Positions 31,769 to 42,374 of a stretch of DNA of 64,000 nucleotides are shown in pieces. A model generated the notes under the pieces. It was not told the DNA's origin, made no database searches, and was given only the letters and a program-made list of their open reading frames with translations. The DNA lies in contig CAVTEW010000003.1 of assembly GCA_963733955.1 (NCBI GenBank), positions 3,104,037 to 3,168,036 on the forward strand, written 5' to 3'. Source of the stretch: an uncultured Acidobacteriota bacterium. Lineage in GTDB: Bacteria; Acidobacteriota; Thermoanaerobaculia; UBA5066; Gp7-AA6. Positions within the stretch are counted from its first letter, which is position 1. Every line of letters begins with the position of its first letter. Position numbers and translations under genes: made by a program.

Positions 31769-31838
31769 CGGCCCGCCGCGGGGGCGAAAAAAAGGGCCCC
31801 GCCATCGCGGGGCCCGGCACGCGAAAACCGATTGGGTT

Positions 31839-34637
31839 CTAGAAGCGGACCAGAGTCGTGAGGCGATAGCTTCGCGGAGGCTGGAAGGAGCCGCGTGCGG
31901 TGGCGGTTCCGAATGTGGCGCGCGCAACGCCGCACGAGCTCGTCGAGGAGGCGGTCGCGTCCCCGCACCAGGTCAGATTGTTGACGTTCGTCTGCCGCTG
32001 GACGTTGGTCACGTTGAAGACCTCGCCCTTGACGCCGAACTCGAGCGATCGCCAGATGCTGAACGTGGCCTCGAGAGAGGTGTCGATCTCATAGATCGTG
32101 GGCGTCGTCTCCGATCCACGCGGATCGTAGAAGAAGGTCTCGGTCGACGACGTGTTGGTCGTGGTTCCGGGGACCAAAACAGTCAGCGACCGTTGCTTTT
32201 GAAAGTGGATACCGCTCACAACCAGGCCGCCCAGACCCAGGGCCAGGTTGACCCGGCCGATTGGCTGGACATACGCGCCGAAGAGCTTGACGCTATGATC
32301 GATGCTCTGGGTCGGTTGACCGTCCTTGCTCGATCCATCGGCCACGACGGAACACGGAATGACCCCGCCGCTGCCGATCGACTTGTCGATTGTCGTCCGG
32401 CAGTTTGAGTTGAGGAAGTTCCCGAGGTCGCTCGCCGTGTCGCTGCCGGGGTTGGTATTGCTGGTCGTACGGCCCCACGCGTAGCTCATGTTGGCGTTCC
32501 AATGATCCGAGAATCGCTTGTCCAGGACCAACTCGAGCCCGTAGAACTTGCGGGCCGCCGGTCCGTAGTTCAGGTAAGTCGTCGTCTGACTTCCGTTGGC
32601 GTTGAAGATCGGCGTGTCTTCGATGATGTCGCTCCATTTGCGGTAGATGCCGGTCAGGGAGACGCCAATCGTATTTCCGATCTGCTGGCGGAAGCCGATC
32701 GTGCCTTCGTCGGTGTAGGTCGGCTTGATGTCGGGATTCACGATCACCGAGCTTCCGGCGATCGAGACGTGGCTGGCGAAAACGTATTTCGTGCCATCCC
32801 AGTTGAAGCTGTCATAGGTTCCGCGCTGCACATTCTGGCCGAAGGCGTCGGCAAAGCTCTGAGCGACGAACTGGTAGAAGCGGCCGTAGGTCCCCACCAC
32901 GAGACTCTTGCCGTTTCCAAAGACGTCGTAGGAAGCGGAGATGCGCGGGGAGACGGTCCCATCGCTGACCGCCGTGCGGCTGGTGTCGTCGGAGGAGTCC
33001 TGATGTTCGTACCGCAAGCCGACATTGAAGAACAGATGTTTGCCGGCTTCGAACTTGTCCTGAGCGTAGACGGCGACGATGGTCCCGACGGAGGTCGAGT
33101 CCACCGGAGCGGCGTAGTCGCGCCTTGACTGCGGGACGAAATCCCGTGTCCGGAAATCGAACGACTGATCGATGAACAGCTGATTCCCCGGATACCCAAA
33201 TAGAGAGGTGGAGTTCAAGTGCTGATAGTCGACTCCGCCTTTGAAGCTATGGCTGTTGCCGGCGATGTCAGTGTAGTACGTCGCAGAGCCGAGAATCCCC
33301 TGCCGGGGACGGTTGACGAATCCGTCGAAGAATGCCCCGTTGTAGTAGAACCCGTCCGCGTTGCTGAAGTGAGGGGACGCGCCTCCGAGGGGATGAACGT
33401 CGATGCCGTGCTTGGTGGCCGAGTTGCTGGGCCCGTTCCAGTTGCCCTGGATCTCGGCGGTCAGATTCGGGGACGCGACCGCGGTCAGGAAGCCCGCGTA
33501 CGTCTGCGAAGTCTGGTCTTGGCCGGTGTAGGCGATGAACTCGGCCGGGTTGCCGTAGTTGACTACGAATCCCGACGTCGGCGAGCTTGATGCACGCGCG
33601 GAGACGGCGATCGAATTGGTGACTTGCGCCGTCACCTTGCCGTCCCAGAAGCGATCCGAGGTGGTCTGTTGAAAGTTCTCTCCGGAGACAGGAGTGGACT
33701 GCTGTCCCGTCGTGGCGTCGGCGCTCTCGTAGGCCCCGAAGAACCAGATGTGATCGAGCCAGACCGGGCCGCCCAAGGTTACCGCGTATCGGGGATTGAC
33801 GTGGTCGAACTTGGTCCTGGCCAGAGAAGCGCCGGTCACCTGATTCTCCGTCGTGTTCTGGGAATTCCAGTTGTCGTTGGTCATGACGACCTTGCCCGAC
33901 CCCGCGAAGCTGTTCGTTCCCGACTTGGTGATGACGTTGATGATGCCTCCCGACGCGCGACCGTACTCTGCGGACACGCCGGAGGTGATGACCGTGACCT
34001 CCTGGATCGCCTCGAAGTTGAGGTTGCCTCCGAACGTGCCGGTCGTGGGATCCGTGGTGTCCACGCCGTCGTAGAGCCAGAGGTTGTTGCTGGACAGCGC
34101 CCCGTGCACGCTCGGGTTCGGGTTCGCGCCCGGAGTCAGGTTGACGCCGGGCGCGTTCAAGAACAGGTTCTGAAAACTGCGGCCCACGGGCATCTTCTCG
34201 AACTCCTTGGCCCGCTGCCGGCTCTCCAGGGACGCGTTGGTCTTGTCGACGATGGGGACCTCTCCGGTGACCGTGACCTCGGCCTTCTCGGTCGAGAGCT
34301 TCATCGAGACGGCGAGGTTCGTCTTCTTCTGATTCTCGACCAGGTTCCCTTTCTGAGCCACAGTAGCGAAACCGGACAGCGTCACCGTGACGTTGTAACG
34401 GCCGGGCTGGACCTCGGAGAACCGAAACTTGCCGGACGCGTCGGTCGTCGCCGTCATCGCGGTCCCGCGCTCGACGCTGACCGCGGTCACGGTCGCGCCG
34501 GGCAACGCCGCGCCGGTCTCGTCCTTGACCTGCCCCCCGAGCTCGCCGACGACGACCACCTGGGCGAGCAGGAAACCGGCCGACAGGGTCAACGCGAGAA
34601 TGAAGATGAAGCTTTTAAATCGTGAGTTTCTCCGCAT
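31839..34637 (-). CDS. TonB-dependent receptor with carboxypeptidase-regulatory-like N-terminus
   Basis: Start at MRRNSRFKSF with a GGAGG RBS. PGRYNVTVTLSGFAT, a plug, and C-terminal ...TTLVRF. GC content is visibly lower than the other TBDR. Confidence 0.85.
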   Translation of the reverse strand: MRRNSRFKSFIFILALTLSAGFLLAQVVVVGELGGQVKDETGAALPGATVTAVSVERGTAMTATTDASGKFRFSEVQPGRYNVTVTLSGFATVAQKGNLVENQKKTNLAVSMKLSTEKAEVTVTGEVPIVDKTNASLESRQRAKEFEKMPVGRSFQNLFLNAPGVNLTPGANPNPSVHGALSSNNLWLYDGVDTTDPTTGTFGGNLNFEAIQEVTVITSGVSAEYGRASGGIINVITKSGTNSFAGSGKVVMTNDNWNSQNTTENQVTGASLARTKFDHVNPRYAVTLGGPVWLDHIWFFGAYESADATTGQQSTPVSGENFQQTTSDRFWDGKVTAQVTNSIAVSARASSSPTSGFVVNYGNPAEFIAYTGQDQTSQTYAGFLTAVASPNLTAEIQGNWNGPSNSATKHGIDVHPLGGASPHFSNADGFYYNGAFFDGFVNRPRQGILGSATYYTDIAGNSHSFKGGVDYQHLNSTSLFGYPGNQLFIDQSFDFRTRDFVPQSRRDYAAPVDSTSVGTIVAVYAQDKFEAGKHLFFNVGLRYEHQDSSDDTSRTAVSDGTVSPRISASYDVFGNGKSLVVGTYGRFYQFVAQSFADAFGQNVQRGTYDSFNWDGTKYVFASHVSIAGSSVIVNPDIKPTYTDEGTIGFRQQIGNTIGVSLTGIYRKWSDIIEDTPIFNANGSQTTTYLNYGPAARKFYGLELVLDKRFSDHWNANMSYAWGRTTSNTNPGSDTASDLGNFLNSNCRTTIDKSIGSGGVIPCSVVADGSSKDGQPTQSIDHSVKLFGAYVQPIGRVNLALGLGGLVVSGIHFQKQRSLTVLVPGTTTNTSSTETFFYDPRGSETTPTIYEIDTSLEATFSIWRSLEFGVKGEVFNVTNVQRQTNVNNLTWCGDATASSTSSCGVARATFGTATARGSFQPPRSYRLTTLVRF

Positions 34638-34689
34638 GCCGCCCCTCCTTTTTTGGCTCGGGAGCGGCAAGACATGTGCCACCAAAAGG

Positions 34690-34815
34690 AGTCAGTCTGA
34701 ATGGATTTGAACTAAAGTTAAAACTATGAAAACAAAAATAAAAAGGCGATTTTCACAGTTTCTTATTCATTCATAAGAATCATATGTATGGATGAATATA
34801 CAAACGAATGGATTC
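34690..34815. promoter_or_regulatory. AT-rich island upstream of the second TBDR, with repeated AATGGATT/ATGGATGAA motifs and a TTCATTCAT...ATGGATGAA inverted repeat
   Basis: About 30% GC over ~120 bp in a 70% GC genome. Fur-box-like AT-rich hexamers (AATCAT, ATAAGAAT). Lies at the 5' side of an outer-membrane receptor gene. Confidence 0.4.
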
Positions 34816-36322
34816 ACTTCGCGCCCGCGATCTGAAAGTCGGCTCGCCGCAGCACCTGTTTGCTCTCTTCTCCTGAACCGTTCCGAACGGTCAGGTAAAG
34901 CACGTAGGCGCCCGGATGCAGCGTCGCCAACGGGACCTCGACGCCTGAAAGAAACCGACCTCCGCCGATCGGCTGGAGGGCCGCGGGAAAGGCCGGCAAT
35001 CCCGCCAGCGGCGCCCCATCGCGGCGCAGGCGCGGCTCGAGCATCACCGCGGCGGGATCGGACGGGTTGGCGATCTCCACGAAATACCAGAGCGACTCCG
35101 CCGTCGTGAAGACCGCGTCGGCCCGGGGCGGAATCACCGTGCCGGCGAACGTGAAGCGCGGATTCGACCCGCCGCTCGCGCGGGCCGGCCCGCGGGTGAC
35201 GATCAGGGACGACACGGCGAACTCCCGGTCGAGGGCGGGGACCTGGACGGGAAGCGTGGCCGCCGCGAGCGCTTTTCCATCCTCCTCGATGAGGGCAGCC
35301 GCCAGCGAGTAGGTGCCCGGAGCGAGCGCGAGCCGCGTGAGCGCGACCATGCCCGAGGCGCGCAAAGAGAACGCGTCGGAAGGCGCCGCGGGTTCCGAGA
35401 GCGCGGCCACGTCCGCTCCGCTCGGGTCCCGCACCAGGAGGTGGAGCGTCCCGCGGCGGGAAGGCTGCTCCGTGTACGCCCAGACCAGCGTCTCCGCGGG
35501 GCCGCTCTCGTGAAACACGACCGCCGACCCGACGAACCCGCCCGAGGAGCGCGGGGGGGCCGGCGCGGCTTCGAGGATCGCCCGAACCGACGGCGCGAGG
35601 GCCTGTCGCGGGAGCGCAGGCATGGACGCGGCGATCACCGTGGTCGAGGTCCCCGGCACCAGGTCGGGATTGACGATGCTCGACCTCGCGACCTGCTCCC
35701 GGAGCCGGTCGAAGAGGCCGGGATCCTGAACGGCGTCGCGATGGCGCGACGGCTCGACGAAGATCTTGACCTGCAGCGACGGGCGGCGCAGGGCTTCGAG
35801 GATGCGGGGCGTGCGGTCGGGATCGTAGTACCACGTCGAGGTCGTCTCGTTTCCCTCGTTCAGAGCGACCGGGGTCACGCCCTGGCCGAGCCTGCGCCCG
35901 GCTCCGGGCTCCGGCGGCGGGGGCGGCGCATGGAGGTCCTGGACCCGGGCCGGGCTTCCGAGAATCAGGAAGACCAGCCCCCGCGCGGTCCGCGAGCCGG
36001 GCGTCTTGTCCATGCCGAACCGTTCGTCCGCGGTCTTGATGCGCGCGAGCACCAGCTCGCGGAACTCGTTCTTCTCCGTGCCGGGGGTCGGATCGCGCTT
36101 CAACCAGTACCGCTCGATGAACCGCTCGCGCGAATCGCGGGAATCGAGGCTCTTCCATTCCCGCCGTTCCTCGACCGTCAGAAACGACGCCTCCGCAGAG
36201 GTCGACCAGTCTTCCGGACCGGACGTCCGGAGCGCCCAGAGGGCCGCGAAAAACAAAACGGGGACGATCGCTCGTCCCCGTGGTGTCGACCGGCCGCCTC
36301 GGCGCGGCTCCGCCGGAGTCAT
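34814..36322 (-). CDS. GWxTD-domain protein
   Basis: Signal peptide. ...WKSLDSRDSRERFIERYWLKRDPTPG matches the GWxTD signature. Confidence 0.7.
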   Translation of the reverse strand: MTPAEPRRGGRSTPRGRAIVPVLFFAALWALRTSGPEDWSTSAEASFLTVEERREWKSLDSRDSRERFIERYWLKRDPTPGTEKNEFRELVLARIKTADERFGMDKTPGSRTARGLVFLILGSPARVQDLHAPPPPPEPGAGRRLGQGVTPVALNEGNETTSTWYYDPDRTPRILEALRRPSLQVKIFVEPSRHRDAVQDPGLFDRLREQVARSSIVNPDLVPGTSTTVIAASMPALPRQALAPSVRAILEAAPAPPRSSGGFVGSAVVFHESGPAETLVWAYTEQPSRRGTLHLLVRDPSGADVAALSEPAAPSDAFSLRASGMVALTRLALAPGTYSLAAALIEEDGKALAAATLPVQVPALDREFAVSSLIVTRGPARASGGSNPRFTFAGTVIPPRADAVFTTAESLWYFVEIANPSDPAAVMLEPRLRRDGAPLAGLPAFPAALQPIGGGRFLSGVEVPLATLHPGAYVLYLTVRNGSGEESKQVLRRADFQIAGAK

Positions 36323-36326
36323 GACG

Positions 36327-38054
36327 TCACGACTTCTTGGGTCTGGGCTTGGGGGTCGGCGCGGCTTTTTTGGTCGCGGCCGCCTTGGGCGCGGTCTTCT
36401 CGGGGACGGTCCCGTCCGGCTTCAGGACGACGAAATCCTCCTGGCGGTCGAGACCCTTGAAGGCCGCGGAGTCTCGCGGCGCGTTCAAGTCCCGGATGTT
36501 CACCGCGAACGTGTAGTACCCCGGCTCGAAGCTGGCCAGCGGAATCTCGCTGCCGCTGGCGTAGAAGCCCGGGGCGAGGATCTGCATCTCCGCAGGACCG
36601 GTGAACGGCGCGAACGCGGGCTTGCCGTCCCGGCTGACGCTGATGCGCTGCATGATCCGCGGCTTGACTTCCGGGGCGGCCGCGGCCGGAGCGGTGGCGC
36701 CGGGCGTCGCGGCGGGAGCCGGCGTCGGCGCGGCGGCGGCCGGCGCCTCGGGCAGCTTGGGATTGCTGACCTCGTAGAAGTACCAGAGGGAGTCCTGCTT
36801 GGAGAAGAGATGATCGGCTTTGGGCTCGACCTTGATCGGCTTGGTCACGCCGAACACGAACGGATCGGTGTCGCCGGGCCGCTTGGTCAGGGGCTTCAAC
36901 TCGTTGGTCAGGATGAGGGGCGAGACGCCGAAGTCCGCAGACTTGGGCTCGAGCTTGAAGCTGACCGACGCGGACTCGAGCGCCGACGAGCCGTCGGGGG
37001 AATAGACCGCCAGGGCGGCGCGGTAGCTGCCGGCCGGAAGGACGATCGATTTCTCGAAGACCTTGTCGGCCCGAGCGCCCGTCTTCATGTCCGCCAGCGC
37101 GGCGTCTTCCCAGAAGGTCGCGGCCTCGCCGCCGCCCTCGCTGGTCACCACGCCCCCGAACCTAGAGCCCGCGGGGGGCGCCTTGTCGCCGTCGAAGTAG
37201 AAGGCGAAGGCGTAGAAAGGCTCGCCGGACAGCGAGTGGAAGGAGCCGCCCCAGAAGTCGGGCGACGACTGACCGGCCTTGAGAAGCGCATCGAGCGAAG
37301 CGCGGGTCGCGGCCGGAAGAGACGCCGCCGCGGCGGGCGCAGGTGGGGCGGGTGGAGCGGCCGGCGCGGCGGCCGGGCCGGTTCCCGAGGCCGGAACGGA
37401 AGGTTGGGCCGCCGCGGTCGCAGGAGCCGCCCCGGTCGCCGACGGATTCACGATCGAGTGGGCCGCGATCTTGGCGATGGCCTGGTCGGCCATCGCGGCG
37501 TTGCGCAGCTCATCGGCGCCCTTCTGCGGATCGACCAGAATCTGAAGCTTGAGCTCGCCGATTCCCCACGACGGGTCGAACTTGCTCTTGTCGTAGATCC
37601 ACGTCTGCACGATGGGCCCGGCGCCGGTTCCGGGGCTGCTGCCGAAGGGATCGGTGCCCTGGACCGTGCCGCGCCCGAGACCGGAATCGCCGGTCGCGTT
37701 GGTGTCCACGGCCCCGCGCGACTGGGCCACCCGCGTCGGGCCGCCGAGCGTCACCAGCAGCCGTCCGCGCACCGATTCCGCTCCCCTCTGCCGCCGCATC
37801 TTGAACTGCTCGTCGGCCGCGGCGATGCGGCGCTGGACCTCCTCCTTGAACCGGTCGCCGCCGCGCTTGGCGTAGTAGGCGGCGATGAACTTCTCGGCGT
37901 CGGCGTCGCTGCCCGCCTTCGACCATTCGGCGCGCTCCTCGGGAGTCAGGAAGTACGCCTCGGGCGATTTCGCCCAGTCCTTGTATTTGGAAACTTGTGC
38001 CGTCGCGAGCGCCGCCAGAGCGAGCCCGAGAGCGGCAAAGAATGCTTTTTTCAC
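36327..38054 (-). CDS. GWxTD-domain protein (tandem paralog)
   Basis: Signal peptide MKKAFFAALGLALAALATAQ. YFLTPEERAEWSKAGSDADAEKFIAAYYAKRG follows the same N-terminal pattern. Pro/Ala-rich linkers. Confidence 0.65.
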   Translation of the reverse strand: MKKAFFAALGLALAALATAQVSKYKDWAKSPEAYFLTPEERAEWSKAGSDADAEKFIAAYYAKRGGDRFKEEVQRRIAAADEQFKMRRQRGAESVRGRLLVTLGGPTRVAQSRGAVDTNATGDSGLGRGTVQGTDPFGSSPGTGAGPIVQTWIYDKSKFDPSWGIGELKLQILVDPQKGADELRNAAMADQAIAKIAAHSIVNPSATGAAPATAAAQPSVPASGTGPAAAPAAPPAPPAPAAAASLPAATRASLDALLKAGQSSPDFWGGSFHSLSGEPFYAFAFYFDGDKAPPAGSRFGGVVTSEGGGEAATFWEDAALADMKTGARADKVFEKSIVLPAGSYRAALAVYSPDGSSALESASVSFKLEPKSADFGVSPLILTNELKPLTKRPGDTDPFVFGVTKPIKVEPKADHLFSKQDSLWYFYEVSNPKLPEAPAAAAPTPAPAATPGATAPAAAAPEVKPRIMQRISVSRDGKPAFAPFTGPAEMQILAPGFYASGSEIPLASFEPGYYTFAVNIRDLNAPRDSAAFKGLDRQEDFVVLKPDGTVPEKTAPKAAATKKAAPTPKPRPKKS

Positions 38055-38154
38055 AGTCTCCGTCCTCCAGGGACGGGATTCTATCCCTTCAAACGGAGAC
38101 CGGAACCCGGGTCGAGGCTCCCGATTTCGCCGGCGACGGAGCGGGCCGGGCGGC

Positions 38155-38541
38155 CTAGGACTTGTCGATCTTGGCCAGCGCCAGGCTGCGCGGAGTCTTC
38201 ACCAGGGCGTACCGCCGGTCGACGTCCCCGCGGCGGGAGCCGACCTCTTCGCGCAGAACCGAGAGCAGGTTGTGCACCTCGCCCTGCATCTTCTCGATCC
38301 GCTCCTTCATGTGAAGGATGACGTCCACGCCGGCCAGGTTCACGCCGAGGTCCCGGGTCAGCGTCAGGATGATCTCCAGCCGCTCCAGCGTGTCCGCGTC
38401 GTAGAGCCGGGTCTTCCCCTCCGTCCGGGCCGGCCGCAGCAGGCCCTCGCGCTCGTACATGCGCAGCGTCTGCGGATGGATGCCGAATCGCTGGGAGACC
38501 ACGCCGATCCGAAAGACGCCGGGACGCCGGCCGCCGCTCAT
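38155..38541 (-). CDS. hspR: MerR-family heat-shock repressor HspR
   Basis: Internal ATG with GGAGG RBS. FRIGVVSQRFGIHPQTLRMYEREGLL is a MerR HTH. Last gene of the dnaK operon. Confidence 0.8.
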   Translation of the reverse strand: MSGGRRPGVFRIGVVSQRFGIHPQTLRMYEREGLLRPARTEGKTRLYDADTLERLEIILTLTRDLGVNLAGVDVILHMKERIEKMQGEVHNLLSVLREEVGSRRGDVDRRYALVKTPRSLALAKIDKS

Positions 38542-38990
38542 CGGGCTTTCCTCGCCTCCGCCGCGACCGCCTCCGCGCGATCGATCTTGGTGGCGACGAC
38601 CTTGAGCACTCCGGCCCTCAGGGTGGCCTTGATGCGGCCGGGATCGATGGTGAGCGGGACCGGAAACTCGCGGGAGAAGCTTCCGTAGATCCGCTCCATC
38701 CGCACGAAGCTGCGCGGCTCCGAGCTCGAGTCGGTCCGCCGGTGCCCGGAGACCCGCAGCCGCCCGTCGAAGGATTCGAGCTTCACGTCTTCCAACCGCA
38801 CGCCCGGAAGTTCGACCTGAAGGATGATCTCTTCCGGCGTCTCGTACACGTCCGCGGCCGGGGACCACAGCGCCGCCTCCATCCCCTCGTCGGGGAATTC
38901 GGTGCGATGGATCGTCTCCTCGAAGAGGCGGTTCATCTTCTCCTGGATGGCGAAGAGGTCCTGGAGAGAGTTCCAGTGGAAGACGCTCAT
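38538..38990 (-). CDS. Hsp20 / alpha-crystallin small heat-shock protein
   Basis: 150 aa with an ACD core (DVYETPEEIILQVELPGV...GVLKV). The stop overlaps the hspR start (ATGA). Confidence 0.85.
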   Translation of the reverse strand: MSVFHWNSLQDLFAIQEKMNRLFEETIHRTEFPDEGMEAALWSPAADVYETPEEIILQVELPGVRLEDVKLESFDGRLRVSGHRRTDSSSEPRSFVRMERIYGSFSREFPVPLTIDPGRIKATLRAGVLKVVATKIDRAEAVAAEARKAR

Positions 38991-39078
38991 ATTCAGACCA
39001 GTGTAGGCGGTAAACCGCGAGCCGTAAACGGGAAACCGAGAGCCGGGGCGCTGCCGCTCCGGCTCCCGGACGCCGAAA

Positions 39079-40989
<1,911 letters not shown>

Positions 40990-41016
40990 TTGGTTACTCC
41001 TCTAAACCTTTCATAT

Positions 41017-41052
41017 TGCAGGGCAGATCATAGAATCTTAGTGCTATATTGT
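41017..41052 (-). promoter_or_regulatory. sigma70-type dnaK promoter (TTGACA-17-TATGAT) overlapped by an imperfect HAIR-like inverted repeat
   Basis: Minus strand reads cTTGACAatatagcACTAAGAttcTATGATc. The -35 is at 41040-41045 and the -10 at 41017-41022. CTTGACA-N7-ACTAAG resembles the HspR operator CTTGAGT-N7-ACTCAAG. Confidence 0.5.
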
Positions 41053-41120
41053 CAAGTCCAAAATAGGAATTGTTAAGCCTAATGGACTCAATTCGTTGCC
41101 GGATCCTGCCTCCCCGAGCG

Positions 41121-42374
41121 CTATTCGATCACCTGGACGCCGGGGCGCTTTTCCGGACCGCGCGAGCGCGCCGCCGGATGGATCTCCGCGACCGGAGCCA
41201 GGGAGCGATCGAAGGACAGATCGAGATCGATATTGCCGTCGGCGTTGCGGCCGTAGAGGCCGAACTTTCCGTCGTCGGAGCGCAGGATGTATCGGTAGGG
41301 CCGACCGTAGGGATCGTAGAGAGTCCGCTCCGGGAGAATCCCGGCGACCACCAGATCCTCCAGCGTGCGGGGATACTGGCCGGTCGAGTCGTAATAGACC
41401 CGGATCCCGCGCTCGAGGGCCACCAGGCGGCTCAGGGAGACCGACTTCCAGACGCTCGCCGCTTCGCGGCCGCGGGCGGGCTGCTCGAGGGAGATGTTCC
41501 AGGGGTTGCGCGGCACGATCCAGGCGGCGACGAACACCAGGGCGGCCACGACAGCCCAAATCAGGAGAGAGCCCGCGGACACGCGCTCGCGCTTGCGCAG
41601 GGGAAGATAGCTCGCCGTCGGCCGCGCGACCCGGCCCTCGACGATCAGATTCCGATCGATCAGGTCGGCCAGTCCCTTGTACACGTCGAAATCGGACAGG
41701 AAGGCCCTCTCCAGGATGTCCGCGACGTCGCGCCGCCCGTCGATCCATTTCCAGACCTCGGCCTCGGGCCGGGACACCGCGAGGATGCCCTCCCCCGCCT
41801 CGTCGCCTCCATGCAGCAGCCGCAGGCTCTCCACGCCCGGCGCGCGGCGAAAGACGATCTCCCGGGCGCGGACCTTCTTCTCCAACATGGGCCATTCGTC
41901 GAGCATCTGGGCCGCTTCCATCAGGATCGATTCCGTCGGCACCGGCGACATGTGGTCGGCGTCGTAGTCGATCGCGCCTTCCTGGGTGAAACGGAAACGG
42001 CCGTCGGTCCAGCGGAAGCAGGAGAAGACGATACGGAAGATCTGCAGGCGCAAGGCCTCCTTGAGATCCTCCGGCGTGACGAGGCGCTCCCGGATCAGAA
42101 GAAAACCGAGCCTCTGCTGGCTCTCCTTCTGCAGAGCCAGGACCCGCGCGAGCTGCTCTTCGTTCAGGCGCCCCCCGCGCACGAGCAGGCTCCCGATGCG
42201 GTTGTCCAGGCGACGGGCCGCCGACTCCGCGGACACGACCTGCCCGCCCAGGAACGAGATGGTGATCGTGTCCTCGGGCGATTCGACGGTCAGGATGCCG
42301 CTCTTGCGCTGCAGGCCGAGCACCTGAAAGATGTCGTTCAAGGAAAAAACGCGCAGTGTCCCTTCAAGACCCAT
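41121..42374 (-). CDS. DUF4388 (PATAN-like) domain protein with transmembrane segment and C-terminal periplasmic-like region
   Basis: N-terminal TLRVFSLNDIFQVLGLQRKSGILTV is a DUF4388 signature. TM at SLLIWAVVAALVFVAAWIV. Confidence 0.6.
   Translation of the reverse strand: MGLEGTLRVFSLNDIFQVLGLQRKSGILTVESPEDTITISFLGGQVVSAESAARRLDNRIGSLLVRGGRLNEEQLARVLALQKESQQRLGFLLIRERLVTPEDLKEALRLQIFRIVFSCFRWTDGRFRFTQEGAIDYDADHMSPVPTESILMEAAQMLDEWPMLEKKVRAREIVFRRAPGVESLRLLHGGDEAGEGILAVSRPEAEVWKWIDGRRDVADILERAFLSDFDVYKGLADLIDRNLIVEGRVARPTASYLPLRKRERVSAGSLLIWAVVAALVFVAAWIVPRNPWNISLEQPARGREAASVWKSVSLSRLVALERGIRVYYDSTGQYPRTLEDLVVAGILPERTLYDPYGRPYRYILRSDDGKFGLYGRNADGNIDLDLSFDRSLAPVAEIHPAARSRGPEKRPGVQVIE

Noticed and set aside
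41025-41045. CIRCE (HrcA) element at the dnaK promoter
   Set aside because: Only one half-site-like TAGCACTAAG is present. The partner GAGTGCTAA half is absent at 9-bp spacing. A HAIR-like reading fits better.
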